Below are positions 9,578 through 19,502 of a DNA stretch of 64,000 nt, in pieces. The position numbers and the translations under genes were made by a program. The DNA lies in assembly GCA_963758525.1 (NCBI GenBank), contig CAVWVQ010000003.1, positions 512,001 to 576,000 of the forward strand, given 5' to 3'. The notes beneath the pieces are model-generated. The model searched no databases and was not told the DNA's origin. It saw only the letters and a program-made list of their open reading frames with translations. This stretch comes from an uncultured Phycisphaerales bacterium. Its GTDB lineage: Bacteria; Planctomycetota; Phycisphaerae; Tepidisphaerales; Tepidisphaeraceae. How positions within the stretch are numbered: position 1 is the stretch's first letter; the number at the start of each line of letters is the position of its first letter.

Positions 9578-9715
9578 GGAAATTCTACCGCACGTTCGTG
9601 ACTCTCGCGTCGCCGCGAAGGGCAAGCCACTTCCGGCGACGTTGGCGAGCACCAAATACTTCTTAGCTATTCGTCCCTGCTTCCCTTCGTGCTCCGTGCC
9701 TTCGTGCCATTCCCC

Positions 9716-11471
9716 TCACATATTCAAACTGTACCGATCTTCGGCTAGGCGATAGAGCCGTTTCCAGAAAAATCGGTTGAGCAGCACGACAAAGATCGCC
9801 ATCGTGACCACGCCGGCCGCGAGCAGAGGATAATTTCCGTCGGCGGTGGCGACGCTGATCAATGAGCCCAGGCCAAAGGCAATGTGATTTCCGTTGTCGA
9901 CGTATTCCGCGACAATCGTCGCGTTCCACGCTCCGCCGGCCGCGGTGATCAGGCCGGTCAGGAGATAGGGGAACACGCAGGGGAGATAGAGCTTTTTCCA
10001 GACCTGCCATCGGCTCATGGGGTAGACGGTTGTCACTTCCTTCAAATCATGCGGAATCGCCAATGCGCCCGCGATCACATTAAACAGCACATACCACTGC
10101 GCCGAGCAGCATGAGCGACACGCAGCCGATCGTGAAGGGGACATGCAGGACGACCAGCAGCATGGTGACCAGGGGAAAGAGCATCGGCGCGGGGAAACTG
10201 GCGACAACCTGAATGATCGGCTGCAACCGCTCCGACCAGCGCGGCGAGAGGCCGATGAGAATGCCGACGGGCAGCGCCCACGCCGCTCCGAGCGCGACCG
10301 CCGCCGTCGTGCGCGCAAACGATGCGAGCAACGCCAAACCGACGCCCAGCCAATCGTGATGATGATCCGCTGCGCCTGCCAAGGGCAGCGCGACCAGCAG
10401 CTTGACCAGCTCGTAGCCGCCCCACAGGCAAAACACGATCGCTCCGCCGGCCATCGCCCAGTTGAAGATCGGCCGAATCCGCGGCCACAGGGGGCCGCCG
10501 AAAGACGCATTCTGGGGCGCGGCTAATTTGATTCGCGTGCGTGAGCCCTTGGGACGCAGCAGCAGCGCCAGGCGATGCAACCCGGCATAGATCCGCGATT
10601 TCTCCAGGATCTTGAGAACCCACGATTGCGGCGGATCAGCCTGGGCCAGTTCGTCCATGCGAAAACGCTGCGCCCAGACGACAATGGGCCGCCAGAAGAC
10701 CTGGTCCACCACCACGATCATGATGACCATCGCGATCACGGCGGCAACCATCGCGGAAGTGTCTTTCCGATTGATCGCCTCGTTCATGTAGGAGCCAATG
10801 CCCGGCAGGCGATAGTCATGCACGCCCAGGGTGAAGGCTTCGTTCACCGTCAGAAAGAACCAGCCGCCGGCCATCGACATCATCGAATTCCAGACCAGGC
10901 CGATCATCGCGGCGGGAACTTCCAGCGACTTGAAGATCTGCCAGTCGGAGAAATGGTTGATGGCGGCGACTTCGCGGAGCGTCGAGGGGATCGCGCAGGC
11001 TGCCGTGAAAGCTGAAGGTCATGTTCCAGGCCTGCGCCGTGAAGATCATGATCACGCAGGCGATTTCCAGCCCGATCTCGCGGGTGGGAAACAGATGCAC
11101 CATCGCCAGCACCAATCCGGGAAGAAAGCCGAGCACGGGAATGGCCTGGAGCACGTCGAGCGCGGGAAGCATCAGTTTCTCTGCGCGATGGTTGTGAGCG
11201 GCGATGGTTCCATACACCAGCGTAAAAATGAGCGAGATCAGATAAGCGGCAAATCCGCGCACAGGCTGAGCATCGTGTACTTGGGCAGTGCGCGAAACCG
11301 CAGATCGATGAAAACCTGCTCCGTGTACGGAGCCGCCATCCGGCGCGAGAGGACGACCATCAATCCGACGGCCCCTGCGATGACGAACAAAAACAGCAAC
11401 TCCGGCCCCAGCGCAACGGGCCGCTTGAGCGCTTCGCGCACCCGCCTTGTGTGGAATACAACCAGCGCCAT
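9716..11471 (-). CDS. NitT/TauT-family ABC transporter permease (two membrane domains), with ~3 apparent frameshifts
   Basis: Consecutive frames give MALVVFHTRR..., LDVLQAIPVLGFLPG...AQAWNMTFSF, LVWNSMMSMAGGWFFL..., QWYVLFNVIAGA...LITAAGGAWNATIVAEY. Breaks near 11260, 10995 and 10100. Confidence 0.85.
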
Positions 11472-11517
11472 TCACTGCTCCTGCCCTGTATGACCTTGCG
11501 CCAGTGGGCGTCTTTTA

Positions 11518-11617
11518 CCCCTCCCCTGGACTTGGGGGGAGAGAGATCGCGGCTGGGGCGCTGTCTGCTTGCCAGCGAGCCCTCACCCTGACCCTCCGCC
11601 GGAGTACCAGGGGCGGG
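11518..11617. repeat. Degenerate REP-like doublet (family A)
   Basis: CCCCTCCCCTGGACTTGGGGGGAG ... CCCTCACCCTGACCCTCCGCCGGAGTACCAGGGGCGGG. Confidence 0.7.
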
Positions 11618-11746
11618 CAGAAGACTTTTGCGTCGCGCGTCGTCGCGCAAGGATATCTGTGTGCTCGATCTCCCAACCGCGAATCGCCGAATGCTACGGA
11701 TGAGCGGCGATCGTGCAAACTTTGAAGCGAAGGGGTGGAACGGGAA

Positions 11747-11884
11747 AACGTGAAGACTGAAACGTGAAGACGTGAAACGTGACAAAGGCGAGGCCTCATC
11801 ACGTCTTCACGTTTCACGTCTTCACGTTTCGTTTGAGTCGATTTCAGATTTCAGATTTGAGATTTGAGATTTGAGATTTGAGAT
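11747..11884. repeat. Intergenic short tandem repeats: inverted ACGTGAA(A/G) arrays followed by a GATTT(C/G)A heptamer array
   Basis: AACGTGAAGAC...ACGTGAAACGTGA mirrored by TCACGTCTTCACGTTTCACGTCTTCACGTT, then about 6 GATTTCA/GATTTGA units. Confidence 0.85.
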
Positions 11885-11904
11885 GGATGGTAATGTGAGC
11901 CTAT

Positions 11905-13053
11905 TCACGGCGCAGTCGCCGGCTCCGTCGCCGGTCCGTGAATCTTGTCGTACAAGCCCTGTATCAGCTCCAGCGGCTTATCGACCGGAGTGTCGGAACG
12001 CGTGGTCATCAGCGTCGTCACCTCTCCGGCCTTGGCGCGTTCGAAGATGTGGACGGGTTTGCCGTCGGTTCCGATATAGGCCACGACGGCCTTCTCCGGC
12101 GTCAGCGTGAAATGCACGAAGCCATAGACGGTGCGCGAGAACGGGTGGAGGTTGTCGTGGAGCATCGGCGCGGAGTGCGCTCCCCCGCCGCCGCACATGA
12201 CGAAGCTGTTCGGCCAGTGCGCGATTTCCAGGTGCTGCAGGTTGTGCTCGTGGCCGCAGAGATAGAAGTCGACATGGTATTTCTTGAACAGCGTGCCCCA
12301 GTCCTTCTGTAAAACGCCGTTGTTTCCCGCGACGCCGTTGCTGAAAAGCGGGTGGTGGGCGCAGCAAATCAGCCATCCGGTGGTGCGCGGCTTTGCCAAT
12401 TCCGCCTCGAGCCAGCGGCGCTGCTCGGCCCAGGCGAGATCGTTGATCACCTGCTTATTGCTGTCCAGCATGATGACGGTGACCATCGGATCATCCGCCG
12501 GCAGATCGACGCGATAGCGTCGGGCGGGAAATTTCCACCGCGACTCGGGATGGCGTCTGGCGTACTCCAGCTCGATCGCATCCTTGTGATCGTCGTAGTC
12601 GTGGTTGCCCAGGCACGCGTAGAACGGCATCGGCAGCCGCACAGGGTCATACATCTTCTCGAAGAGCGCCTGCCATTGGGGATCATCAACGCCTCCGACG
12701 AGCTTCCCGTAGAAGTTGTCGCCCGCCAGCAGCATTGCCGCGAACGGAACGTGCTGGCTTTGTGCGTAATTCGCCAGCGCGTTGGCGACCGCCTTCTGCG
12801 CGTACTTTCCTTCTCCCCAGTCGCCCATCGCAAGCAGATCGACGCGCGGCCCGGCGGGGAGCGATGCCGGGGACGTCTGGGCTTCGGATCGCGAGGGAAT
12901 CAGCTCGAGAGTCGGGAGAAAAAGCGCGGACGAGACGACGCGGAGAAATTGCTTGCGCGACACGAGCGGATGGCCGGAAACTGCCGTCAGCTCCGACGTG
13001 CTGGCATCGCCAATCCGCGAAGGGCACGCTGGGAGCGTGGGCTTTTCGTGCAT
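11905..13053 (-). CDS. Calcineurin-like metallophosphoesterase (purple/tartrate-resistant acid phosphatase-like), probably Tat-exported
   Basis: Motifs GDWG, GDNFY, GNHDY, HHP, GHEH; N-terminal SRKQFLR plus a hydrophobic stretch. Confidence 0.88.
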   Translation of the reverse strand: MHEKPTLPACPSRIGDASTSELTAVSGHPLVSRKQFLRVVSSALFLPTLELIPSRSEAQTSPASLPAGPRVDLLAMGDWGEGKYAQKAVANALANYAQSQHVPFAAMLLAGDNFYGKLVGGVDDPQWQALFEKMYDPVRLPMPFYACLGNHDYDDHKDAIELEYARRHPESRWKFPARRYRVDLPADDPMVTVIMLDSNKQVINDLAWAEQRRWLEAELAKPRTTGWLICCAHHPLFSNGVAGNNGVLQKDWGTLFKKYHVDFYLCGHEHNLQHLEIAHWPNSFVMCGGGGAHSAPMLHDNLHPFSRTVYGFVHFTLTPEKAVVAYIGTDGKPVHIFERAKAGEVTTLMTTRSDTPVDKPLELIQGLYDKIHGPATEPATAP

Positions 13054-13111
13054 CGCATGGATTCTAACCCACGATTGCCGCCCGCCGCGAACCATCTATG
13101 ATGCTGCGCGC

Positions 13112-14371
13112 GTGGGAAGCCAGCTCGACATTTTGATCGCAGCCGTGGGAAGCCACGGGGACGTCCATCCATTTGTGGGCATCGGAATGGGGCTGCGCGC
13201 TCGCGGGCACCGCGTGCGGGTGATCGTCAATCCGCACTTTGAGTCGATCGTGCGCGGCGCCGGGCTGGAGATGGTGCCGCTGGGGACCGACGCGGAATAT
13301 CGGGCGCTGGCCACGCATCCCGATCTGTGGCATCCGACGCGGGGACCGAAATACATCTTTCAGCAAATGGGGGCGCTGGTTCCGCCGGTTTATCAGGCGA
13401 TTGCGGATCACCATGTGCCGGGGAAGTCAGTGGTCGTGCAATCGACGCTGGCGATGGGCGCTCGCGTCGCCCAGGACAAGCTGGGGATTCCGACGGCGAC
13501 GGTTCACCTGCAGCCGGCCGTGATCCGCAGCGTGATTCTGCCGCCGATTCTTCCCGGAGCGGTGCTCCCGTGGTGGCTTCCGATGATGGGACGCCGATTG
13601 CTGCTGTCGTTTGCGGACAAGTTCATTCTCGATCCGATGGTCGCGCCCGAGCTGAACCGATTTCGCGCGACGCTCGGGCTGTCGTCGCCGGCGCGCAATA
13701 TCGTGCACGGGTGGTGGAATTCGCCGCAGCGGGTGATCGGGCTGTTTCCCGCGTGGTACGCGCCGCCGCAGAGGGATTGGCCGCCGCAACTGAAATTGAC
13801 GGGTTTCCCACTGTATGACGAGCGCGGCGTTTCATCGCTGTCGCCCGAGCTCGACGCGTTTCTTCGCGGCGGGACTCCGCCGATCGCGTTCACGCCCGGC
13901 TCGGCGATGTGGAAAGCCGACGAGTTTTTCAAGCAGGGCGCCGAGGCGTGCCGCATTCTCGGCCGGCGCGGGCTGCTGCTCTCCAGGCATGCCGATCATA
14001 TTCCGCGCGATTTGCCGGCAGGGGTAATTCACGTCCCCTATGCGCCATTCGGCGAGCTTCTGCCGCGATGCGCCGCACTGGTGCATCATGGCGGGATCGG
14101 AACCACAGCACAGGCAATGGCCGGCGGCGTGCCGCAGATCATCATGCCCTTCTCGCACGATCAGCCCGACAACGCCGACCGGGCGAACAAACTGGGCGTG
14201 GCGCGGGCGATTCCACCGCGCGATTTCACGGCTGAGCGGGTCGCGCGGGTGTTGTCTGAGATGCTGGACGACTCAATGGTCCGCGACTCGTGCCGGGCGG
14301 TGGCGAAGCGGTTTGAGAAGTGCGACGCGATCGCGCGCACGTGCGAGCTGGTCGAAGAACTCACTGCTTAG
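13112..14371 (+). CDS. GT1-family glycosyltransferase (RhlB/sterol glucosyltransferase-like)
   Basis: GSHGDVHPF N-terminal motif; HHGGIGTTAQA...PQIIMPFSHDQPDNA C-terminal signature. Start set at GTG 13112. Confidence 0.9.
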   Translation: MGSQLDILIAAVGSHGDVHPFVGIGMGLRARGHRVRVIVNPHFESIVRGAGLEMVPLGTDAEYRALATHPDLWHPTRGPKYIFQQMGALVPPVYQAIADHHVPGKSVVVQSTLAMGARVAQDKLGIPTATVHLQPAVIRSVILPPILPGAVLPWWLPMMGRRLLLSFADKFILDPMVAPELNRFRATLGLSSPARNIVHGWWNSPQRVIGLFPAWYAPPQRDWPPQLKLTGFPLYDERGVSSLSPELDAFLRGGTPPIAFTPGSAMWKADEFFKQGAEACRILGRRGLLLSRHADHIPRDLPAGVIHVPYAPFGELLPRCAALVHHGGIGTTAQAMAGGVPQIIMPFSHDQPDNADRANKLGVARAIPPRDFTAERVARVLSEMLDDSMVRDSCRAVAKRFEKCDAIARTCELVEELTA

Positions 14372-14517
14372 TGGAGTCGCAGTAAAACTGTTGAATTGCT
14401 GCATAGATGCGCCGTTGGACACGCCTCGCGAGCGAGGCGGCTAAAGAATTCAGAGTGCTGCGCACGCGGGTGCGCTGACTTCCCCCTCCGCGCCGATCCC
14501 GCTATGATCCGTCGACT

Positions 14518-14814
14518 ATGAGCGTGAAAGTACGAATCCCCTCGCCTCTTCGTTCCTATACCAACGGCGTCGATGTCGTCCAAGCCGAGGGCGCCAGCGT
14601 CGGCGAAGTCCTCAATAACCTCAAAGCCGGCGCGGCAGGCATCGAAACCCGCCTTTTCAAAACGCCGGGAAATCTCAATCGATTTGTGAACGTCTATCTC
14701 AATGACGAAGACATCCGCTTCCTGAAGAACCTCGATACGCCGGTCAAAGCCGGCGACGAGATCAGCATTGTCCCGGCGATCGCCGGAGGGATCTGCGATG
14801 CCCGGCAGCTATAG
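14518..14814 (+). CDS. MoaD/ThiS/CysO-family sulfur carrier protein with a residual tail after the GG motif
   Basis: VRIPSPLR...NRFVNVYLNDEDIRFL..LDTPV...DEISIVPAIAGG, then ICDARQL*. Confidence 0.9.
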   Translation: MSVKVRIPSPLRSYTNGVDVVQAEGASVGEVLNNLKAGAAGIETRLFKTPGNLNRFVNVYLNDEDIRFLKNLDTPVKAGDEISIVPAIAGGICDARQL

Positions 14815-15055
14815 CAAACGTTGCTGGTTCACCTTTCCGACGCGCCTGCAGGTGGAGCAGCCGATCATCTGGGAGATGAGCCAGAAGTTTCCGCGCGTCA
14901 GCTTTGACATCCGTCAGGCGAGCGTGAATAACGAGATTGGGATCATGGCGGTTCTACTCAAGGGAACCGAAGCGGAAGTCATCGCGGCGATCGAGTTTCT
15001 GCGCTCTCGGGGGGTGACGGTGGAGCCGATTGAGAAGAGTGTGGTTGAGGGGTGA
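14798..15055 (+). CDS. NIL domain-containing protein
   Basis: FTFP....EQPIIWEM...F..SFDIRQASV...GIMAVLLKG....I..L...GV.VEPIE pattern. Overlaps the moaD-like gene, a known gene pairing. Confidence 0.8.
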   Translation: MPGSYSKRCWFTFPTRLQVEQPIIWEMSQKFPRVSFDIRQASVNNEIGIMAVLLKGTEAEVIAAIEFLRSRGVTVEPIEKSVVEG

Positions 15056-15056
15056 T

Positions 15057-16031
15057 TCAGTTTGAGTTGCGATCGTCGCCCGGCGTCAGTTGACGCATCG
15101 CCTCGCCCAGCAGTTTTTCCATCGCCGATGGCTGATCAGCACGAATTGTCAGATCCCACGCCGTGTCCCATTTGCAGGAAACGGGCGTGAATCCCATCGA
15201 TCGCAAGTGCTCGGCCAAATCGGGCATGTGGGCGGCCCCGTAGAAAATTGAGATCCGCTTCTTCCCCTGCGCGAGTGTGTCGGCAAGCACTTTCAGCGCG
15301 ACTTTATTTCGCTCGCCGAGAATGACGGTGCCGCCGAGGGCATCGAGGCCCTTGCCGCTTTTTTCCATCTCATCAAACTGGCGGGCGACGAGCAGCTTGA
15401 TCTGCCGTTCCATGTCGGGACGGGTGAGCAATCCTGCCAGTTGTTCGATCGTTTGACCTGCATCCTCACCGGGCTGCTCCGGCGGCGGATTATTGAAAGC
15501 CTGCAAAAGCTGCTTCATGAACAGCATCTCAAATGTCTCGCCGCGCTCCTGTTGCAGCTTCTCGAACGCTTCCTTGTCGAGATCGGCATGGACGAAGTTC
15601 GGCTTCGTGTAGTCGATCACATCCAGCTGAAATGAAAGATTCAGCACGTCTTTCATCAGGTGCTGCGCGACACTGATCGGATTGTCCGAAGCCGGCGCTT
15701 CGACGCCCGGCGGGGGCAGCGGCGAATCCTTGGGCTTCACCAGCTCGTACAGCACCGCGTCGTCGGACGCGAATTCCGCATTCAGCTGCTCGTAATACTC
15801 GCGCTCGGCAATGTGAATCGCCGCCACGAGCCGAACGGTCTGCCCGGCATCGTTGCGGTAGGTGACCACTGCCGTCTGCAACGATTTGCCACGATCGCCA
15901 TCATCGCGAAGCCGCATGAATTGCGAAGGCTCGATCGGTTGAGTTGCCGGGGTATCGGCGCGAACCCCCGTGATTGCTAACAGCAGCACGGCCACTATCG
16001 GAGCAACGAATCGAGTGGATGATCGGGTCAT
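15057..16031 (-). CDS. Conserved exported hypothetical protein (TraB/GumN-like)
   Basis: Signal peptide; LVAAIHIAEREYY, DAVLYELV, FVHADL, ERNKVAL, IFYGAAHMPDL. Start at ATG 16031 with AGAGGA RBS. Confidence 0.7.
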   Translation of the reverse strand: MTRSSTRFVAPIVAVLLLAITGVRADTPATQPIEPSQFMRLRDDGDRGKSLQTAVVTYRNDAGQTVRLVAAIHIAEREYYEQLNAEFASDDAVLYELVKPKDSPLPPPGVEAPASDNPISVAQHLMKDVLNLSFQLDVIDYTKPNFVHADLDKEAFEKLQQERGETFEMLFMKQLLQAFNNPPPEQPGEDAGQTIEQLAGLLTRPDMERQIKLLVARQFDEMEKSGKGLDALGGTVILGERNKVALKVLADTLAQGKKRISIFYGAAHMPDLAEHLRSMGFTPVSCKWDTAWDLTIRADQPSAMEKLLGEAMRQLTPGDDRNSN

Positions 16032-16095
16032 GGACGTTCCTCTTGCAGATAGTGTATGCGTGATGTCTGCTTGTCGATTACAAAAATAACCTTCC

Positions 16096-16208
16096 CCGTG
16101 GCATGGGCGTCCCGCCCATGTTAGCGATGTGGAGCTTAAGAAACCGCTCGATATCAAGTGTTTTTCGACTTCCGCGTCGCCAACACGGGCGGGACGCCCG
16201 TGCCACGG
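16096..16208. repeat. REP-like doublet (family B, GTGGCATGGGC type)
   Basis: CCGTGGCATGGGCGTCCCGCCCATG ... CACGGGCGGGACGCCCGTGCCACGG inverted arms. Confidence 0.85.
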
Positions 16209-16501
16209 GGAGAGCGTTGCGCTCGACTGGCATTTTAGAGTTTTCAGTGGTCCCGCGAAGGGCAAGCCACGGTTGGCGTGTTCGGCGAGTCTGAGACGCT
16301 CCGCGGCCCTTCGCTCCGCGACGACGCAAGCGACGGCGATGCTGTTGGCGAGGTCGATGCGATTCGATGTCAGAGGTTGTCTCTTGAGGGTCATCCGTGC
16401 GCTCCTCCCTTTTTGTCACGTTCCAATCACCAATCACCGGCGCGACGCATCCCCTGCAAACGTGCCTCGGTCGGCGATATCCGCTATATTCCCCGACCTC
16501 C

Positions 16502-17677
16502 ATGGCAAGCGTTCAACTCGAGAAAGTCAGCAAGGTCTACCCTGGCGGCATCACAGCCGTGGACGGGATCGACCTGACGATTGCCGATCAGGAATTCGTG
16601 GTGCTCGTGGGGCCTTCGGGCTGCGGCAAGACTACCTCGCTGCGGATGGTGGCGGGGCTCGAAGAAATCTCGTCCGGCGTCATCCGCATCGGCGAGCGGA
16701 TCGTCAACGATGTCGCGCCGAAAGATCGCGATATTGCCATGGTCTTCCAGAATTATGCCCTCTATCCGCACATGACCGTCTTCAACAACATGGCCTTTGG
16801 CCTGAAGTTACGGCGCGTTCCCAAGGCTCAAATCGAGCAGCGCGTCCGCGCGACTGCAAAAACGCTGGACATTGAACATCTTTTGGATCGCAAGCCCAAG
16901 GCGCTCTCGGGAGGTCAGCGGCAACGGGTGGCGGTGGGTCGGGCGATCGTGCGGGAGCCGGCGGCGTTTCTGTTTGACGAGCCGTTGAGCAATCTGGATG
17001 CGAAGCTGCGCGTCACGACCCGTGCGGAACTGAAAAGGCTGCATCAGCGCCTGCGAACGACGACCATTTACGTGACTCACGACCAGGAAGAGGCGATGAC
17101 GCTGGGCGAGCGAATCGTGGTGATGAAAGATGGGGTAATTCAGCAGGCCGACCCGCCGTTGAAGACCTACAATCATCCGGTGAATCGGTTTGTCGCCGGG
17201 TTCATCGGGATGCCTCCGATGAATTTTTTCGACGGCGCGATCAAGCGCGTCGATGGCGAGTTGATCTTTGAAGAAGGCGTCGCGCAGGCCGCCAGCGGGT
17301 TGACGTTGCCGGGCAGCGGCTTTAGGCTATTGGTGCCGCTTCACCTGCGGGAGCGGCTGGATGGCTTCGTCGGAACTCATCTGGTGATGGGAATTCGGCC
17401 GGAGCATTTCCACGTGAATCCCAGGGACGCGGGTGCTGCGAACTGGGCGAATCTGCAGGTGAGACTGAACGTGATCGAACCCTTAGGGAACGACATGGAT
17501 GTTTATATGAGCACGAATCTCCATCAGAACGTCGTTGGGCGCGTTGAAGCGCAGGACGGCCTGGAGATCGATACGCAGGCGACGCTGTATGTCGATCTGC
17601 GAAAGGTCCACTTTTTCGAGCCCGGGATGACCGGGTCGAACCTCAGCGCCACCGAGTTCACCCATGCACTTGCTTAA
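16502..17677 (+). CDS. Carbohydrate ABC transporter ATP-binding protein (MalK/UgpC family)
   Basis: GPSGCGKTT, VFQNYALYPHM, LSGGQRQRVA, FLFDEPLSNLDAKLR, FVAGFIG, C-terminal TOBE/OB region GIRPEH. Confidence 0.93.
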   Translation: MASVQLEKVSKVYPGGITAVDGIDLTIADQEFVVLVGPSGCGKTTSLRMVAGLEEISSGVIRIGERIVNDVAPKDRDIAMVFQNYALYPHMTVFNNMAFGLKLRRVPKAQIEQRVRATAKTLDIEHLLDRKPKALSGGQRQRVAVGRAIVREPAAFLFDEPLSNLDAKLRVTTRAELKRLHQRLRTTTIYVTHDQEEAMTLGERIVVMKDGVIQQADPPLKTYNHPVNRFVAGFIGMPPMNFFDGAIKRVDGELIFEEGVAQAASGLTLPGSGFRLLVPLHLRERLDGFVGTHLVMGIRPEHFHVNPRDAGAANWANLQVRLNVIEPLGNDMDVYMSTNLHQNVVGRVEAQDGLEIDTQATLYVDLRKVHFFEPGMTGSNLSATEFTHALA

Positions 17678-17771
17678 GCCGCATGGACAAACTCGCGGGC
17701 GCAACGCCGTTCTTCGGAGGATTTGCCGATGAGCGATTGACCGGCGTTTTGTCAGGTTCGCTCGATGCGTG

Positions 17772-17800
17772 GGCCGCCGATTTTGGTGGCCTTTTGTTTT
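17772..17800 (+). terminator. Intrinsic terminator/attenuator-like hairpin upstream of nusA
   Basis: GGCCGCC-GATTTT-GGTGGCC stem followed by TTTTGTTTT. Confidence 0.55.
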
Positions 17801-17858
17801 GGGCCAAAATTTCAGGGAATTGACGAGTTGGCAAAACTGAATAGGCGAGGAAAACGAA

Positions 17859-19408
17859 ATGAACGCTGAACTGATCCGCATCGTGGACGGTATCGCCCGC
17901 GATAAAAACATCGAACGCGAACAGGTTTACTCCGATATCGAGCAGGCCGTGGCTTCGGGTCTGCGCAAACATTTCAACACCGAAGACACGACCGAATTTC
18001 AGGTGCAGTTGGATCGCTCCAGCGGCGACATCAGCGTCTCCCGCCAGGGTACCGTGATCCCGCTGCATTCCATGGGCCGCATCGTGCGCAGACCGTCAAG
18101 CAGGTGATGATCCAACTCATCCGCCAGGACGAGCGCGGCAGCATCTACGAAGAATACAAGGACCGCGTCGGCACGATCGTGAACGGGACCATTGCGCGGT
18201 TCGAGGGCGGCACGATGATCGTCAACCTCGGCCGCGTCGAAGGGATCATGCCGCGGAGCGAGCAGATTCCCGGCGAAACGCATCAGCCCGGCGAGCGCGT
18301 GCAGGCGCTGATCATGGAAGTGCGCGACACGCTCAGCGCCGTGAAGATCATCCTCAGCCGCAGCCACCCGGAGCTGATCCGCCGCCTGTTCGAGCGCGAA
18401 GTGCCGGAAGTGGGCGAACGCACGATCGAGATCAAGGCGCTGGCCCGCGAGCCTGGGCATCGCACGAAAATCGCCGTCAGCTCCATCGACAGCAAAGTGG
18501 ACGCGGTGGGCGCCTGCGTTGGCGTGCGCGGCAGCCGAATCAAGAACATCGTCGAAGAGCTCGGCGGGGAAAAAATCGACATCGTCCGCTGGAATGAATC
18601 GAGCCAGATTCTGATCGGCAACGCGCTCAAGCCGGCGGAGGTCACGGAAGTGGCGCTCTGCTTCGAGCTGGGACGCGCCACGGTTGTGGTCAACGACGAT
18701 CAGTTGAGCCTCGCGATCGGCAAGCGCGGACAGAACGTGCGCCTCGCGGCCCGCCTGACCGGCTGGGACATCGACATTCTTACCCCGCCGGAATTCCAGA
18801 ACGGCGTGCAGCGGCTGGACCAGACGCTCAAGAAGATCGAGGGGATCACGCAGGAAATGGTCGACAAGGTGATCGCGCTGGGTCTGATCGACGTGCGCGA
18901 CATCGAGGAAGTTGGAGCCGACCCGCTGATGGAAGTGCTCGGTCTGGACGAAGCCAAGGCAACGGACGTGGTCACGCGCTGCGGGGACGAGGCGAAGATT
19001 GTCGCCGTCGAGCAGGAAGCGAAAAAGGCCGCCGAAGCATCGGCCAAGGCCAAAGACCGCGCGGCAATGCTCTCGGGCGGGGGCAGCGCCGGGAAATCGG
19101 ACTCGCTGGGCGGCTCGGCTGCCGCCCGGGCGTTTGCCGATGCGCTGCAGATTCCGCAATCGGACGAGCCTGCCGCGGACGTTTCGCAAACGATGCCCGG
19201 AGCGATGGAAGCCGCCGAGGGCGGCGCCCCCGAAACCGTCACGCACAAGCAGACGGCCGAGTCCAACGGCGACGATCTTTCGCCCGAGGAAGAGGCGATT
19301 CAGGGACTCAGCGAGCCGCTGGAGAATCACAAGGAATTAACTGACGAAAATGAGGAGACCGCCGCTCTGGCGGAAGGGCGCATTGCGCCGCCCGAAGAGC
19401 AGGCGTAG
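17859..19408 (+). CDS. nusA: Transcription termination/antitermination factor NusA (one apparent 1-nt deletion near 18084)
   Basis: MNAELIRIVD...GRI joins AQTVKQVMIQ after the shift; S1 and KH motifs REPGHRTKIAV, DAVGACVGVRGSRI, LSLAIGKRGQNVRLAARLTGW. Confidence 0.95.
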
Positions 19409-19502
19409 CGAACAACGAGGACGAGGTTTGGGCCGCTGCTCTGTTGGGAGTTCGGTCCGGCGCGGCACATCGCGTCACAGGTGAGTCTGTCAGGAGATCG
19501 GT

